A stretch of DNA of 5,681 bases, from the IMG/VR virus record IMGVR_UViG_3300029179_000173. One strand, given 5' to 3'. The translations under genes were made by a program, and so were the position numbers. This stretch comes from a virus. The notes beneath the pieces are model-generated. The model was not told where the DNA came from, ran no database searches, and saw only the letters and a program-made list of their open reading frames with translations. Shown one piece after another: positions 5,365 through 5,681 of the stretch (positions are counted from its first letter, which is position 1; each line of letters starts with the position of its first letter).

Positions 5365-5681
5365 CTATTTGGTGTTGGTTTCCTTCGTACCTTGTATAGG
5401 CTCGGGTCCCCCGTCGTTTTCCTTGGTGTTTTCTTTTAACGCTTCTTCTCGTCTGGCTGCGAAGCTCTTTGCGATCTTGTCGGTCGCTTCTATTGCTATC
5501 TCGAACCTGTCAGTTCTTATGTCTGTTTCCGGTAGTACTCCTTTTGATCTCTCTGTATACAGTAATTGTACCCCCGGTTCGTTCATTGGCTCCCCGTTGT
5601 TTACTTTTCGTTCGATCTTCATCTCGATCGGTTCTCCTTCTTTGCTTTCGTTGATTCTTAGGCGTTGTCCTTTTGAAAAAT
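5365..5681 (-). CDS. Junction-spanning hypothetical protein (109 aa in full); 5'-partial in this linearisation, possibly a scaffolding-like structural accessory protein
   Basis: The ORF track gives 85 aa from the ATG at 5622, but the frame stays open to the window end. On the circle it starts at the ATG equivalent to position 109. The sequence contains LLYTERSKGVLPETDIRTDRFEIAIEATDKIAKSFAARREE and sits between the VP1 and VP2 genes. The product assignment is a guess. Confidence 0.7.
   Translation of the reverse strand, partial: FSKGQRLRINESKEGEPIEMKIERKVNNGEPMNEPGVQLLYTERSKGVLPETDIRTDRFEIAIEATDKIAKSFAARREEALKENTKENDGGPEPIQGTKETNTK
5586..5681. repeat. Terminal direct repeat, right copy; assembly overlap of a circular molecule
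   Basis: Base-for-base identical to 1-96 and runs to the last base of the window. Confidence 0.95.

Larger units (their letters stand above)
1..5585 (-). other. One complete unit of a circular ssDNA Microviridae genome (5585 nt), arbitrarily linearised
   Basis: An exact 96-nt terminal redundancy closes the circle. The gene set is F/VP1 capsid, H/VP2 pilot and A/VP4 Rep, all on one strand and tightly packed. Size is in the microvirus range. Confidence 0.9.

Noticed and set aside
12-5654. All plus-strand ORFs in the track: 12-230, 119-436, 1349-1615, 2040-2351, 2548-2769, 2733-3095, 2786-2974, 3022-3204, 3174-3665, 3368-3670, 4457-5083, 4710-4928 and 5469-5654.
   Set aside because: Each is antisense to a well-supported minus-strand gene. 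Their F/L/S/C/V-rich, low-complexity translations are what a T-rich antisense strand produces. None has a recognisable motif, and Microviridae genes all lie on one strand.

Overview
This window is one complete genome of a small circular ssDNA phage of the family Microviridae, plus a 96-nt assembly overlap. Bases 1-96 are identical to 5586-5681, so the circle is 5585 nt. All credible genes lie on the minus strand, which is therefore the mRNA-sense and presumably packaged strand. In transcription order they are: a 109-aa ORF that crosses the linearisation junction, the VP2/H-like DNA pilot protein (346 aa), two small orphan ORFs (79 and 77 aa), the VP4/A-like HUH rolling-circle Rep (346 aa), a 103-aa acidic orphan ORF joined to Rep by an ATGA overlap, and the F/VP1 major capsid protein (689 aa). 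By my count about 362 nt (roughly 6.5%) are non-coding. The large VP1 and the A-rich leaders without Shine-Dalgarno motifs suggest an Alpavirinae-like, Bacteroidota-associated microvirus, but this is inference. The unexplained signals are three short, very GC-rich, asymmetric or structured elements in an otherwise AT-rich genome. The first is a canonical G-quadruplex motif just after the capsid stop. The second is a pair of mutually exclusive GC hairpins plus a U-tract just after the VP2 stop. The third is a ~94-nt island of ~73% GC with nested helices that forms the 3' half of the 79-aa ORF. I saw no defence system, CRISPR array, tRNA, integrase or recognisable lysis gene. All protein family calls come from motif recognition by eye, not from searches.
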